Of a stretch of DNA of 64,000 nucleotides, positions 38,402 through 51,873 are shown piece after piece. The stretch is from Octopus sinensis. Its lineage: Eukaryota. The DNA lies in NCBI RefSeq assembly GCF_006345805.1, contig NC_043001.1:5394001-5458000 (forward strand). The letters run 5' to 3'. The position numbers and the translations under genes were made by a program. The notes beneath the pieces were generated by a model. It did no database searches and was not told where the DNA came from. It saw nothing but the letters and a program-made list of their open reading frames with translations. Positions within the stretch are counted from its first letter, which is position 1, and each line of letters begins with the position of its first letter.

Positions 38402-39299
38402 CTAATGATGTAAAACGTTTATACAACTTGTCCTAGAGTTAACTTGCTACGTAACGCAAGAACTTGAAATACGAATGATGTTATAGCTGTCTTGCAATGA
38501 CTGGTTACATGTGGTTTATCCTTGAACGTATGCATCTACAGTAGAACGAATGAACGGTAAAAACAAATTGGCATCGGTTCAGAGAATATCCAAGCATTGT
38601 TGCAGAGTTGTGATAAGAGAGCTGTAAGAACGAAGGGAGTGAGCAGTGTAATGTTTGTCGACTATGTTAGATACGGTGCATTTCTCGGTGGACGCGTGAG
38701 GCTTTCCTAATATTAGAAGACTCTTCCATTTTCAGGGAAGAAAGGAGCAGGAGGGAAAGTAAGGATGGTAAGGAGAGAAGATGGAAGCTGGAATAGTTCC
38801 ATAATATATAGAAAGCTTATTTTCGTCTGCTGAGAAATGAGCCTTATATGCGTATTTTTCGAAGAAGCGCAATATACATATCTACAGTTTCTTTCGCCCT
38901 TATTTCTCGAACCCCTATTATCACAGCTCTGCAATTATGTAATTATATATAATCCTTGTATTAAACCTATACTATTTGTCCGTTCGGTCTTGGACAAGAG
39001 GAAAATCCTTAATTAACTTTATATACGTTTTGGGGCGCAAAATGTTGTGAGACGTGAAATGTTTGCACTAACAGTCCGTCATTTCGAAATATTTTTATAG
39101 CCAGATATGAGTAATTTCATTTTAGTGACCATATAATGTTTTATACTGCGTCCATTTGAATCTATTACTTTTTACGTGATGTATTCCACACAGATGGCTC
39201 CCCCAACCTGTCCAGTCTAAACTTTTCAAAGCAAACTGGATCTGAATTAGGAAATATGCTCCAGGACTATTGATTTTAAAGTCTCTCTATGGGGGGTTC

Positions 39300-40300
39300 T
39301 AATTTGGAAATTAACGTATTCACATCGGTAGTGTGTGCCATATAAATATCAGTTACTTACAAGAAGGTCATTCCCAAATACAAGAGGGTCATTACGGCAC
39401 GGAGAAAACATTACATAATTAGATAACTCAGTAGCAGCAACAAATACCTCCCTAGAGAAGTGTCCTTACAAATAGGAAATCATTCCCTAGAAAAGCATCC
39501 TTAAATATGGGAAATATCTCAGAGACTCCCACAAAAACGACAGGCCTGCAAGAGAAAAATGTGTAGTATAAAGTATGAAAATAAATCGTAAAGCCTTCTA
39601 TAAAATGGCAAATGTATCTGGAGTGGTGCACTTGGATATAGGATCACTTTTGAGGATGACGGTTGATTAAGTGCAAACCGAAGGAGAATATGGGAAGTGC
39701 TAACTAAACAGTTCAAAAGTGTCAAATCCTTTTCGCAGGGAAATGTCCAAACTAGCAAGCCTGATGCGTTTTTCAACACTACAGATCTAAATGGAATAAA
39801 GGACATCATCTGTTACCCCTACATAATGGACAATATCGTTATGTCGGCCATAGATAAGATGGACTTAATATTAGCGTGGCACACATAGGAATTTCTTGCA
39901 GTTCTCTTGACAATATACAAGAAAGCTCTCTCAAAACCGTTGCAGAAACTTTTTCAGAGTTTACTTGCATGGGGGCTTTCGGCTCAGGAAGTCATGGCTA
40001 TGCTACTCACCGAACTGGACGGCCCTGGATAGTACAGAAAAACTCGTCTACTCCAACTAGAGTAAGGACACAGTACTGTAGCATTGTGGGTTTCAAGGTT
40101 CTACAACAATTTAAAATTCTACCGAAAATACTTCAGAGATTTGCGAGGTGTTGCTGTAGTGTTGTACAAATCGCCTCTGAACAAATTATTGTCTGAGCTT
40201 CGAGATGAAGCCACATGGCGTTATGAAGCGCAAAAAAGCGCAATCTCCGTCCAGCTCGCTACTTCAGAAACTATTCAGAAAACGAACCCAATAACATAGA
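39300..40300 (+). mobile_element. Old CR1-clade LINE with RT domain apparently deleted
   Basis: Linker motifs (NRKAFYK, KQFKSV, AIDKMD, KALSKPLQKLFQ) run straight into terminal ORF2 motifs (HRTGRPWIV, RVRTQYCS, ILPK). Confidence 0.6.
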
Positions 40301-40687
40301 AATGTAGTGGCCCAGAATGCCCTGAATCTCTAGCTTTACGATCAAATGATAAAGAATAAGGAAAATATATTACAATTTAACATATTTACTTAAATACCCA
40401 AGATATGTAAAATTGAATATTAAATGGGGAAATCGTATTGATGCAGGCACGTCTTGATTCCATTTGTCATGTGCTGTATACACAGACGTACATGATTTAA
40501 GTACACAATGACAGATTGGGTTTGTCATTTATTATAATCTAATTGACAGAACAATGGTTTAAATATTACCATCTTAGATTTAACTGGCCTTGATATATTC
40601 ATCTGGGTTGCAAGAAAAGAATGCCAAGTATTCTGTTGCTCAAACAGTCAAACATCCAAGTCATATTTAACAAATTTTACTTTTCAG

Positions 40688-40711
40688 CATAAAGGAATTT
40701 TCTATTACATC
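40688..40711 (+). other. Candidate 24-nt microexon
   Basis: atttaac...ttttacttttcag acceptor and gtaagt donor; HKGIFYYI or xIKEFSITx. Confidence 0.3.
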
Positions 40712-40794
40712 GTAAGTTAATTATTTTCAAACATTTGGCAATAACTGTCTACAGAAGCATGCTACACCTGGTGGAGAATATTTTGAAATAATTA

Positions 40795-41010
40795 GCACAT
40801 CGTCGGTTACGAAGATGAATGCTGCACGTTATCCGATCTGTGGAACAATCAACTCGTGAAATTAACGCGCAAGAGGCGGGGCACTCCACAGGCGTACATA
40901 CCCTTCACGTTGTTCTCTGGGATCTACAGCATGAAAGAGAGCATGACAAGTTTGGCCATTTGAATTGCAGGTACAATTCATATTTACCAGCTGTGTGTAA
41001 AGATGCAACA
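40795..41010 (-). mobile_element. SINE family C, central and 3' part
   Basis: ttatttcatgttgc...cagctgg...ttcaaatggcca overlaps the copy at 20700; tail ...ctgtggagtgc...gttaatttcacgag...cgtaaccgacg. Confidence 0.55.
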
Positions 41011-42079
41011 TGAAATAAGGCATCAGCTGATGTAGACAAAGCACCGCTTGCATATTGTTGATATACTTTTGTTAACGTATTCATAAGGTTACCAATAACG
41101 TTTGCATCCTCCGAAATTTTACAATTCCACCTGCTGAATGGACATCTGCGCTATCCAGGTAAAACATGTATTTATGTTTATGTCCGTTTCTTTCTATTAT
41201 TTGGAAAAGTATAACGACTTTGAATAGAAATGTTTAGAGTCATTCGAAAGGACTCTTGCAGTTACATATTCAGTGGATATGGATAACTTGAAGGACAAAG
41301 TTTTTTCAAATTAAAATGTTTAAGGGCGTAAAACTTGAGAACATTTTATTAGTTCAACTTTCTTTTAGAAATAATGAACACGATAAAGTTAACTTTCGTA
41401 TTTATAAGATTTTTTTATATCTACCTATTCTTTTCAAAAATTCTCGACAGTTTCCAGTCTTCTTCAAACCAATGTCATCACTCTTTTTTCGCATATCTCT
41501 AAATTTGTTGTTATATTTTCTTCCCCAGTCACTGACCAATTATGGCGCTATTTTCGTTCACGACTTCATTAAAATAGCATTGAGTTACACAAAAAGTTTA
41601 CCTCTTTCATATACCTCATATCTAATAGTTTTTCTCGCACGTGAGCATGTATTGAATCCTCCATGTTTCTAACCATTTAAGTAACACACGTTCCCTTTTT
41701 CCTTCCCTATATGAGTCACCACCATCTCTTATACTATGTCACCCCAAACATATAAAAATTGATAGAATTTCATTTCCGCCAACAGTTCAATATTATGTTA
41801 CAATATTTTCTTTCCACTGAAATGGAGATATTTCAATTCACAATGTAATTATTTTTATTTTTCAGATATTTTTTTATTATATTTATTTCAAATAATGTTT
41901 ATGATAATAACAACACAGAATACAAAAAAAAATAATAATAAAAACAAGAAAATAATGCAAAACTTTCAGGAACAATGATGTTCATGATGAGAAATTCAGC
42001 TAAAACATTGAATATGAGGAAAATGATAATCATTGTTGAGGATGCTTATTTTTCTCCCTCTTTTTTTCATCATCTCATT

Positions 42080-42130
42080 ATGACTATGATGATTTTTATC
42101 ACCGCCGTCATCGTCTTCCTCAGCCTCGTC

Positions 42131-42167
<37 letters not shown>

Positions 42168-42310
42168 ACAACAGCAAAAACAAAAAACAACAGCATCATC
42201 ATTAGTAACAAAAAAACAACATCAACAACATCATGATCAACAGCAAAAACAAAAAAGACATCAACAACAGCCTCACCATTACCAACAGCAGCAACAGCAG
42301 CAGCAGCAGT
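42080..42310. repeat. CAT/CAA/CAG triplet repeats
   Basis: (cat)n at about 42132-42166, then caa and cag runs. Confidence 0.9.
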
Positions 42311-42372
42311 GGTTGCAGCGTCAAAGAATTATTCATATTGATTTTGTTAATCAGCATACACTTATTTTTATC

Positions 42373-42423
<51 letters not shown>

Positions 42424-43796
42424 CTACATGCATACATATATGCATACAAATACACAGACACAAACATACATAAATGCACGCACGCTCACACACACATATA
42501 TATATATATTTATGATTGTATATATTTATATATAAATGTGCACGTGCGAGTTTGTGTCTGTGAGTTTATTTCTTATATGCCATTGTGTGTATATGTGTAT
42601 GTGTGTGTGTGTATATGTGTGTCTGTGTGTGTGCACTTAAATATTATATAAAATTTATTTTTATAGACAAATTCTTTTTCATTTTTAAAATGATATTTTT
42701 CATAAATTTTCAGAAACTAAAATGAAAATAAGGAAAATAAATAGAAACAAAATTTAAGAAAACGCAAAAATGGAAAAAGATAAGTTTAAGAAAACTACGT
42801 ATGTATAGAAGAAAAAAAACAACAACGAAATTATCACGAAATAAAGATAACTGTCATTTTGAAGATTGCGATGAATAAGATAATGATGATGATGATGATG
42901 ATGATGAAGAATTAAATTTTAAAGAAATAAACGTGATAGCGATTTGGATCCACGTACGTGTAATTCGATATAATATTTTTTTTTATGGAACAAGATTGAC
43001 GGTATCTGACGAATGTAGATATTCATTGTGAAGTTAGCATCAATAAATGTATGTATAAAAGGAGAAAAACTGAGAGTATAAATAAATAATACGATAAGAA
43101 ATGTCAAGAACAAATTTTCATAGAGATATATAAATATTGTTATTGATAGCTTTATGATAGAAACATGGGTGAGATACACTGAGATGAAGAGAGATTGCGT
43201 TAAAAAATATTACGAAGAAGGAAGGGAGGAGATACAAGAATGTAAGAAGAACATATGAGAAGGATACAAGAAAGATAAGAAAATTCTACAGATTGAGAGA
43301 AAGTAAGAGAGAGGGAGGAGGGAGGAAAGGGGGTGTTTATCACTAGAGAGTAATGATAAGTTATGTAGGTGAGTGAGGGAAAATTGAGATGTTTAAAAGA
43401 TAAATAAGGAAAAGGCAAGACATAATGAGTGTGGGTATATATCATTGAGAAGCATATGTACGTACACATACATCTATACATATGCACTTCTATTGTTTGT
43501 GTATATATATATATATACATATATACATATATATACATATATACATATATATACACATATATATATACAAATATATACACATATGCACATATATACATAC
43601 ATATATACACATATTTATATATCCATATAAATATTTGTATATTCATATATATTCATTTATTTAAAATGCCCTCTTCACTCTCTCTCTCTGTATATATAAT
43701 ATATATACTTACACACATATATATATTAGTATATACGCATATACATGCACGCGCACGGACACACACACATATATGTATGCATATATATATTATATA

Positions 43797-43838
<42 letters not shown>

Positions 43839-44345
43839 TATATATACATACATACATATATACATACATACTTATATATACGTATTCATGTATATGTATA
43901 AATAAGTGTCTATGTGTACGTTTGCGTATGATTGAGTTTATAGACCTTGTTAGAGAAGTGAGTGTGAGTATAAGAGGGAGGCAGAGAGATGCGGCGGCTG
44001 TTTTTAAGTGAGGAAAAATTTATGGAATTGAACATTACTAAAACAATTAAAATAGCTTCGATATAAAACAAAATCCTGTCTATATACTACCAGTGCACAT
44101 TTTGCAATACCAGGAAGACTTCACGACAGTGAAGCACACCAACACAAGAAAAAAAGAAAAACAAATATTAAGACAAAATTTTTTGAAGATTGCGTTGAAG
44201 AAGATTCGCGAAGAACTAACACACACACACAAACACACACCACACACACACACACAAACAAACAAACACACATAGGTATATGTGTATTTATATGTACCTG
44301 CTTAAATATATCCCTCTGTCAGTCTATACATCTATCTATCTATAT

Positions 44346-44380
<35 letters not shown>

Positions 44381-44407
44381 AATCATATATGTATACATAT
44401 ATACATA

Positions 44408-44489
<82 letters not shown>

Positions 44490-44493
44490 GTAT

Positions 44494-44961
44494 ACTAGCA
44501 GAGATACGATATCCGGCATTGCCCGTGTTATATGTTATTGAAGCATTAGAATTTTCACTTATATTTCCTTTAATGAACTGGAATATCTATGATTCGAATT
44601 TCTTAGTATCCTCATGATAAGTGGAAACTTTGAGAATACTTCTTGATGTGTGTCAATTACCCATGGTTGCAATTTCATTAACATCGAAAATTTATGAATT
44701 TTCATGAGTGTTCTGCCCCCTTTAAGGCATCTCAAATTCAAACCAAACATACTGCGTTATACCCGCCCTTATGCATTGAATCTAAATTTTAAATATCATA
44801 AGGATCCATTCAGTAATTTAGGTCCATGAAATTGTATGAAACACACAGCATTACCCTTCTCCCTAGGCTTGGATTTTGTATCCCAAATTTCATGCAGAAG
44901 TTTTCGAATGTATAAGTAAGACACGAACACACATAAAGATATTCCCTTATTTATAATAGAT
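44494..44961 (+). mobile_element. Non-autonomous Helitron/Helentron-associated (HINE-like) element
   Basis: 5' ACTAG followed by GC hairpin ccggcattgcccg; 3' ccaaatttcat...ttatttataatagat; lies next to a TA tract. Confidence 0.5.
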
Positions 44962-45016
44962 ATGAATAGGCACATATATGTGCATGTATGTGTATTTTAT
45001 ACACACACACACACAT

Positions 45017-45059
<43 letters not shown>

Positions 45060-45119
45060 TATATACACACACATGTATATCTATATATATATACACACTG
45101 ATACAACTGCGGGCAAACA

Positions 45120-45419
45120 AAAATACGAGACGCTGCTAGTGATTTTTTTTTATGAGCGTGGTACTTATTCTATCGGTTTCTTCTTGTCCAACCGTTAAGT
45201 TGTGTGGATGAAAATAAACGAACAGAAGTTCTGAAGCAGTGGTGAGGGATAAACACAGAGGCAAAGATACATGAATACACTTAACACACACACAAACAAA
45301 CCACACACACATCCACCTATATATATAATATATATATATAAATATTTATATATACCTATATATATATATATTATATATATATATACATATATACCTATAT
45401 ATATATATATATATATATA

Positions 45420-45467
<48 letters not shown>

Positions 45468-45640
45468 TGTATATATATTATATATTATTTACGACTGATT
45501 TTTTCAGATTTTGTCTACAAAATCCACTGACACAGCTTTTGCTGGTCTGAGGCTATAGCAGACGACACATGGCAAGTCACCACATGGTAGTACTGTATCC
45601 AGGACTATGTGTTATTGGACCAAGCTTCTTACACACATCC
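45120..45640 (-). mobile_element. Old SINE family B with expanded internal (TA)n
   Basis: Head and CORE half at 45485-45640, tail half at 45120-45290 (gtacttattctatcggt), microsatellite between them. Confidence 0.7.
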
Positions 45641-45742
45641 ACACCTGCACGTACGTATATGTGTGTGTATCTATGTAGGTATGGTGTATATATATATAAT
45701 ATACATATATATATATATTATATATATATATATATATACATC

Positions 45743-45781
<39 letters not shown>

Positions 45782-45783
45782 CA

Positions 45784-45817
<34 letters not shown>

Positions 45818-45818
45818 C

Positions 45819-45855
<37 letters not shown>

Positions 45856-45959
45856 ATATATGCTGTATACATTGTGAGATAATAGTTTCAGTTAATAGTT
45901 TCAGTATTGAAGTGAAAGTATGAAAGTGAAATTATCTGACATTACAATGGGAGATGTTA

Positions 45960-46200
45960 TTTTTTCACTTTTAACACGTAATACTGAAATAGTGGAAGCG
46001 ATATGATATTGCTCTGGGCTCGCACTAGGCAAGAAGTTCAAATTTCCTTGGCCTATTTGATTACATGGACCCTAAGTAAGCCATGTGCAAAATTTGAATG
46101 ACATTGGTTGAGGAGTTCTCAAGTTTTAGGGATTCACACAGACACACAGAATGACAACTAGATACACACATACACGCATTCTCATCTTATATATTATATA
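45960..46200 (+). mobile_element. HINE-like 3' fragment
   Basis: gtgcaaaatttgaatgacattggttgaggagttctc...cacacagacac...ctcatcttatat. Confidence 0.35.
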
Positions 46201-46260
46201 TATATATATTATATATATATATTATAATATATATATTAACATATTATATATATATACACG

Positions 46261-46345
<85 letters not shown>

Positions 46346-46499
46346 GAGAGAGTGAGAGAAAGACAGACGGCCAGACAGAGAGAGAGAGAGAGAGAGAGAG
46401 CACGCGTGGGAGAAAGAGTCAACGACTATTTCTTTATTCTGAGTATCTTGGTTCTTCCCTGTAGTAGGTTTGATATGTTAACACTCCTAATGTTTTAAT

Positions 46500-46900
46500 T
46501 TTATAATAGTCCTTGTCCCTTACCGGCGTCTTATAGGACGATTGGGTTGTCATTGTTCAGTGATTGTTAGGCTTCCTGTTCTCCTTCACGAAGGATTTCT
46601 TTGTATCTGTAGGTAAAGTGTTTACTCCTTTCTATATACGTGTCTAACTATTTGTCTTTTTCCCTTGTAGGGGTGAAGTGGGATTTATTTCTGACTATTG
46701 ATTCATCTATTGATTCATTATAATCCTTAGTGCTCAAGAAATCTCAATTTATTTTGTACCCAACAATCGCTTGCCCCACGATGTGCATTCGTCTGCGTCT
46801 CTATGACTTAGCGGTTTGTCCAAAATATTTCTGATTTAAAAGTGAAATATATGCGCAGTATTGTTCGACTGAACTCTTTGAAGAGGTACGGCGGCATTGC
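46500..46900 (-). mobile_element. Penelope-like RT N-terminal relic
   Basis: LRIYF, SHFTP..EKD..LDTYI, and EA*QSLNNDNPIVL*DAGKG, resembling the AL..L......IVI..ADKG motif. Confidence 0.45.
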
Positions 46901-47554
46901 CCTATTCTAATTACTGAAAGATGTCAAAGATAAAAATGATTGTATCGTTCATATTACTAATGATCATTTTCAATCTCCGGTTGTGCTTACAGAGTTCGTT
47001 GCAATTATTCATCAAGTTTTGTGTATGCGATGACAAGTACTCTTCCGTGTTGCACTGATTCTAAAGAATTCTTCGTACGTGATCACAATTCTCTGGAAGC
47101 GTATACGAATTCTTCACCCAATGACCATTCGCCATCACATAAAATTTTCGCTAAAATGTTCATATTTAATAGTGCACAATAGACATGATTCATCTAATAA
47201 GCAATATGTTCAATTAACTTTTACTTGCAAACCCAATTCTGTTATACAGCTATTCTTGTTTTATATCATTCGCGTTTTAGATTCTTTTCCATTTTGACTT
47301 TTCCTCGCTTCCTTGGAAAATGAAATTTTCTTTGCTATATTTCTTGTAATGTGTCATGTTTCCGGACACTTCTTTATATTTCGAAATCTCATTATTAAAA
47401 CGGAGCTATTTCAGGTATATATCGTGTGTTATTCTAAAGAGGAGTTATGCACTTTTGCTATCCAGGAAGACCAGAAATAGACGTTAAAGTTTGGTAACCA
47501 CATTGCTGACCACATACAGGTAAATTAAGCATATTGTAGTCTATTAGACGATAT

Positions 47555-47865
47555 TGTTAACTCTTTAATTCTTCAATTTTATCATGAGACTTGTGGTCAT
47601 GCTGGGGCATCGCCGTAGGTTTTGCTGAAATTGCACAATATTCTTTAGTATTGAGATTTCTGTGCATGTGGTACGTGGCTGCAGATACCCCCCCTCCTGC
47701 ATCTTTGGTGTCAGAAGGCTTATCCAGAACAATTGTTTGTAAGAGATCCATATTTGTTCAGAAGGCACTGACATTCACCCCATGCAGGTATTTTGGGCTT
47801 TTATGGGGGATACTGAGGAGAAGAGGTCCACTGGAAAGCAAGGTGTTGCAGTATCGAGTCCTCTA
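47555..47865 (-). mobile_element. CR1-clade LINE 3' end
   Basis: RTRYCNTL...YLHGVNV..F; tail ggcgatgccccagcatgaccacaagtc. Confidence 0.75.
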
Positions 47866-48136
47866 CATAATTATTAACGTTAGGAAGTTTTAAAGTTCGA
47901 ATTAGTGCTCCATTTTGCTGTTTGCGTAACGTTCAACGCTAAAGTTCTTAAATATATGCGAACACATAAATGTATACATCTGTGTATTTATGAAGGAAAG
48001 TCTTTGCGTATAAACACGTGCCTCTTATCAGATTCGCAATGCGTTCTGCCAGGATTTTTGCAGATATAAAATAAAATCATCCGAAAGATAGCTATATAAG
48101 AACCACATAATACATACATACATAGACATACATACA

Positions 48137-48201
<65 letters not shown>

Positions 48202-48385
48202 ATATATATATATATATTATTGTAAAATATGTATTTTTTTCTCATTCTTTATCAATTTTCCTTCTTTTTTCTTCCTTTCTCCCTTCCGTTCTTCATCTAT
48301 TTTATATATGTTTCTCTCTGTCTGTCTCTCCCCCTCTCTGTCTTTCTCTCCGCATATGTGTACACACACACCACACACACACACA

Positions 48386-48420
<35 letters not shown>

Positions 48421-48826
48421 ATATTATAATATATATATATATATATATACTATATACGCATATAAGTAGGTGCGTGTGTACATGTGTAACATTTCTGTTA
48501 CTAAAATCAACGATTGAGAAACATTTTTTAAACCGTATTTTTATTTTTGCTCGTTGCTGCTTATCTCTATGTACAGAGAGATTCGAAAAAAATTATGATG
48601 ACGGAACAGAAGAGAGATGGTATAAGAAATTACGCAATTGCATAAACCTAGGAACACAATTCTGTTTTTATCTCTTCTTTCCTTCCATAACAACATCACA
48701 CATGAGCTATCAGAATCGTTTTCTTTTTTCTTAATTCAAGGTTATTAAGAACATGGAAAAAAACCTTACACACTTGCAAGCGCACTCTCTGACGTACAAA
48801 TGCATGTATTATATAAATATGCATTC

Positions 48827-48866
<40 letters not shown>

Positions 48867-48908
48867 TATACGCATAAATATGCATATATATATATATGTA
48901 TACATATA

Positions 48909-48985
<77 letters not shown>

Positions 48986-49354
48986 ATTTGTGTGTGTTGT
49001 GTATATATAATATATATAATGCGTGCAAGTGTAAACATGCATATATATATATGTATGTATGTAGTGTATGTATATATGTATAGTACTTACATAAGCAACT
49101 TTCTTACTAGGTCTGTATATTTTTTGTTTGAATACCTTTCTATTCTTCGATTCTTTTTTCACCTGACAGCATTACATTTATTCCTGCCTTATGTGTACCG
49201 GCTTTTTTTTGTTTTACTTTCTGTATGCTACATGAAACGTTATACTTTATATGTAGGTTTTATTTCCATGAAGCAGGGTAGGGTAGATTTAAGCAATGTG
49301 TTATTTGTACAAACATTCTCATTTCGCATATACACATACATATACATATATATT

Positions 49355-49394
<40 letters not shown>

Positions 49395-49534
49395 CATATA
49401 TATGTATATGTATACAGGCACACACAAACACGCACACAAATATATATATATATAGCTAATCTTCAATCTAAATGGTTGCAGCTGCATCAGCATCGTCAGC
49501 ATTGCTATTTGACTAATTCTGCTATGCGATGATT

Positions 49535-49890
49535 TGTGCCTGAGAGAGTTTTATTTTGCTGCAGTCAGCTGTGTCGCCAGACCCCAGGTACGGTCACCCG
49601 GAACTCTTTTACAGTGGGAGATCCAAAATTTTCTTTTGGAGACACGTACATCTACTCCATACACATATCTCAGGCTGTTTGGGAGGTTACTGGAGAGCGG
49701 TGAGTTGCATTATTTTATCCAGCATCTTGATGGCAATGTTTGGATCCTTGGCACCATTCATTGGCATTCCTTTCATCTTATTGTGTAATTTTCATTGCCA
49801 AAGTTTAGTACAAGTCCTTCCGAAATATTCGAGATACATATCACAACATATTTTTCTAACCTTCGTGACATGGAGTAGAGTCTAAATTTC
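49535..49890 (-). mobile_element. CR1-clade LINE ORF2 C-terminal fragment
   Basis: EGLVLNFG, MVPRIQT, LRYVYGVDV align with 33160-33460. Confidence 0.7.
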
Positions 49891-50251
49891 TCCATCTCCT
49901 ACCGTTAGCCAACATGTTGCATTGACACCCATACGCACGCACACACAAACACATATATTCCTAAAGTATCGGAAGTAAATTAAGTACGTTTCGATACACA
50001 ATAGTTTTGAGTATTCAATCTTAAGCTTCTTTATATAGAGGCACTTTATACAGACTTGTAGACTAAATTAAAATACTTATGGATGACAGACCCTTCAATT
50101 GTCGTCATAACGCCGACATACGGTAAATATTGCAATTGTGCAACATTATCTAACAAAGCTTATTTTGATACAATCATAGAATATATGCAACTGTAACCCA
50201 ACAGTGATTAATAAATCGACGTTGAACTGCGACCACAACGGATTCAGGATA

Positions 50252-51873
50252 CTCAAAAAGCAGGACTCGCTCCTTTGGAAGTGGTTGTGTCGGTTTGTTG
50301 AATTTGCGGTTGTGCATTGGATTTGTTGATTGTTGTTGTTGAGAAATGTTGCGTCGTGTTGAATTGCTGGATATTTTGTTGGGTATGCAAGCCCAAACTT
50401 ATGCCGGAGCAGCAGGCAAGGGCCTGGCTGTGAGCGAATTACAGTTGGAAGAAATACTTATCGAGAATGAAACGTTGAGGAAATATTACGACAGCTTCAA
50501 GAAGGAAGGTGCATGTCTGAGGGTTACACCACCTGAAGACGAAGTGAAAGAAGCGGAGAAAAAAATCATAACATACAGAACATGGAATGTGGTTTCAAGG
50601 AGCATAGAAGTAGCAGAGGTGGAAGATATTGAGAAATGTCTACAGGAAATTAAAGTAAGAACTACTTCTACAATAGAGGTAGAAAATACGCTACGGTAGA
50701 CGTTCGTTTTGAAAATGAAGAAGAAGCGAAAAGGAAAGCAACAACAGTGTTGTGATCGGAAAAATGGGTTTTACTCCCTAGTTATTGTGGAAAAAGAGCA
50801 GTGAGGATACGAATAAGCAAAATCCCAGCGGAACTTGATACCGAAAGAATAGTAGCTGCAATAATGTACAACTGCAAGGAGATCGTGGACATACTTAGGG
50901 TGGAAAAGTCGAATGAAATACACTGGTGGTGTTATGCAGTGAAAGTTTCAGTCCACCTAACTATGTCAGATTTGTATAACATCCCGGAGGAGTTGGTGTT
51001 CCCCGACGAGACACGACTGAGTGTCGTGGTGGAGGGGAGACTCCCAGTGTGTTATAAAAGTAAGAGCAGAGGGCACATGAAGGAAGTGTGTCCTGAAGGA
51101 GAAATGAAAGTGAAGAAGGTGACACTGGAGGAAGCAATAGGAGCTTTGACAGAGGATTTAGGAGATAATATGGAAAGTGACGACAAGTTAGGGAAGGAGA
51201 AGGAAGGGGAAGAACAGAAGAAAAAGAGGAAAGAAAGCGAACACGGGTGGAATCACCACCCAAAGACCAAAAAATAAAAAAAATAAAAAGAAGTCTGCCG
51301 ACGAGACAGAGGATCGAACGCGCGGAGGGGGAGATGCAGTGGCTGAAGTGATTGAATGGACAATGTGGGAGGAAGCGATAAAATGGTCAAACAAAAGTGG
51401 AAGAATGTCTGAAAACATGCAAGGAAGGAGGAAGACCCAAAGGAAAGAATCTCCTAGCTGTAATATTGTACAGAAAAGATAAAGAAATTGAGTAAAAATT
51501 AGCAGTAACGAAGAATCTAACGAGAGTGAAATTGAACCCGAGGATGTACGATGACAAAACAAAGGCTGCAATTGTGGAAAATGAGAGGGTAAATAAATTA
51601 ATAAATTTATTTTCAGATACAGATGTAACCATATCGCATTACGTTCGATATAACAGTTTGCCCGGAGTTATAGAACAGGATGAATTATTCGTTTACATTA
51701 CGGACGAATGCCCCATATAGTACAACTGTAATTGTAAATGAAACTGCGAGCTTTGGGGGGATCGTAATCCATTTCATTTAATTCATTGTTAATAATTCAT
51801 TTCATTTCCTATCATCTTTTGTATTGTTATGCCCCCTCTTCCGTCAGGCCACTGCGCCTATAATAAAGAGAGA
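50252..51873 (+). mobile_element. ORF1-only (HAL1-like) non-LTR retroelement, complete, TSD-flanked
   Basis: ORF1 with RRM-like segments and zinc knuckle VCYKSKSRGHMKEVCP; no endonuclease or RT motifs; 3' AATAAA; 17-bp TSD ACAACGGATT(C/A)AGGATA at 50235-50251 and 51874-51890. Confidence 0.8.
50346..51720 (+). pseudogene. L1/Tx1-type ORF1 protein, interrupted by frameshifts and stops
   Basis: Pieces 50346-50699, bridging YATVDVRFENEEEAKRK..VL*SEKWVLLPSYCGKRAVRIRIS, 50801-51277 and 51526-51720. Confidence 0.7.

Noticed and set aside
41000-41150. Minus-strand FSRWNCKISEDANVIGNLM resembles Wnt RWNC...VFG..M
   Set aside because: An in-frame TAG lies just upstream, the CQxQF motif is missing, there are no suitable splice sites, and the frame runs into a SINE-C copy.
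41975-42330. Acidic poly-D/E ORF (minus) and poly-I/S ORFs (plus)
   Set aside because: Triplet microsatellite translation with no splice or homology support.
46780-46840. Minus-strand KYFGQTAKS, like a GIY-YIG YIGQT motif
   Set aside because: It lies upstream of RT N-terminal motifs, the wrong side for Penelope, and is followed by a stop; probably chance.
47466-47519. AG/GT-flanked 54-nt segment
   Set aside because: It has stop codons in all three frames.
48576-48618. 43-nt segment with a good acceptor and a gtataa donor
   Set aside because: Weak donor, purine-rich low complexity, and no supporting neighbour exon.
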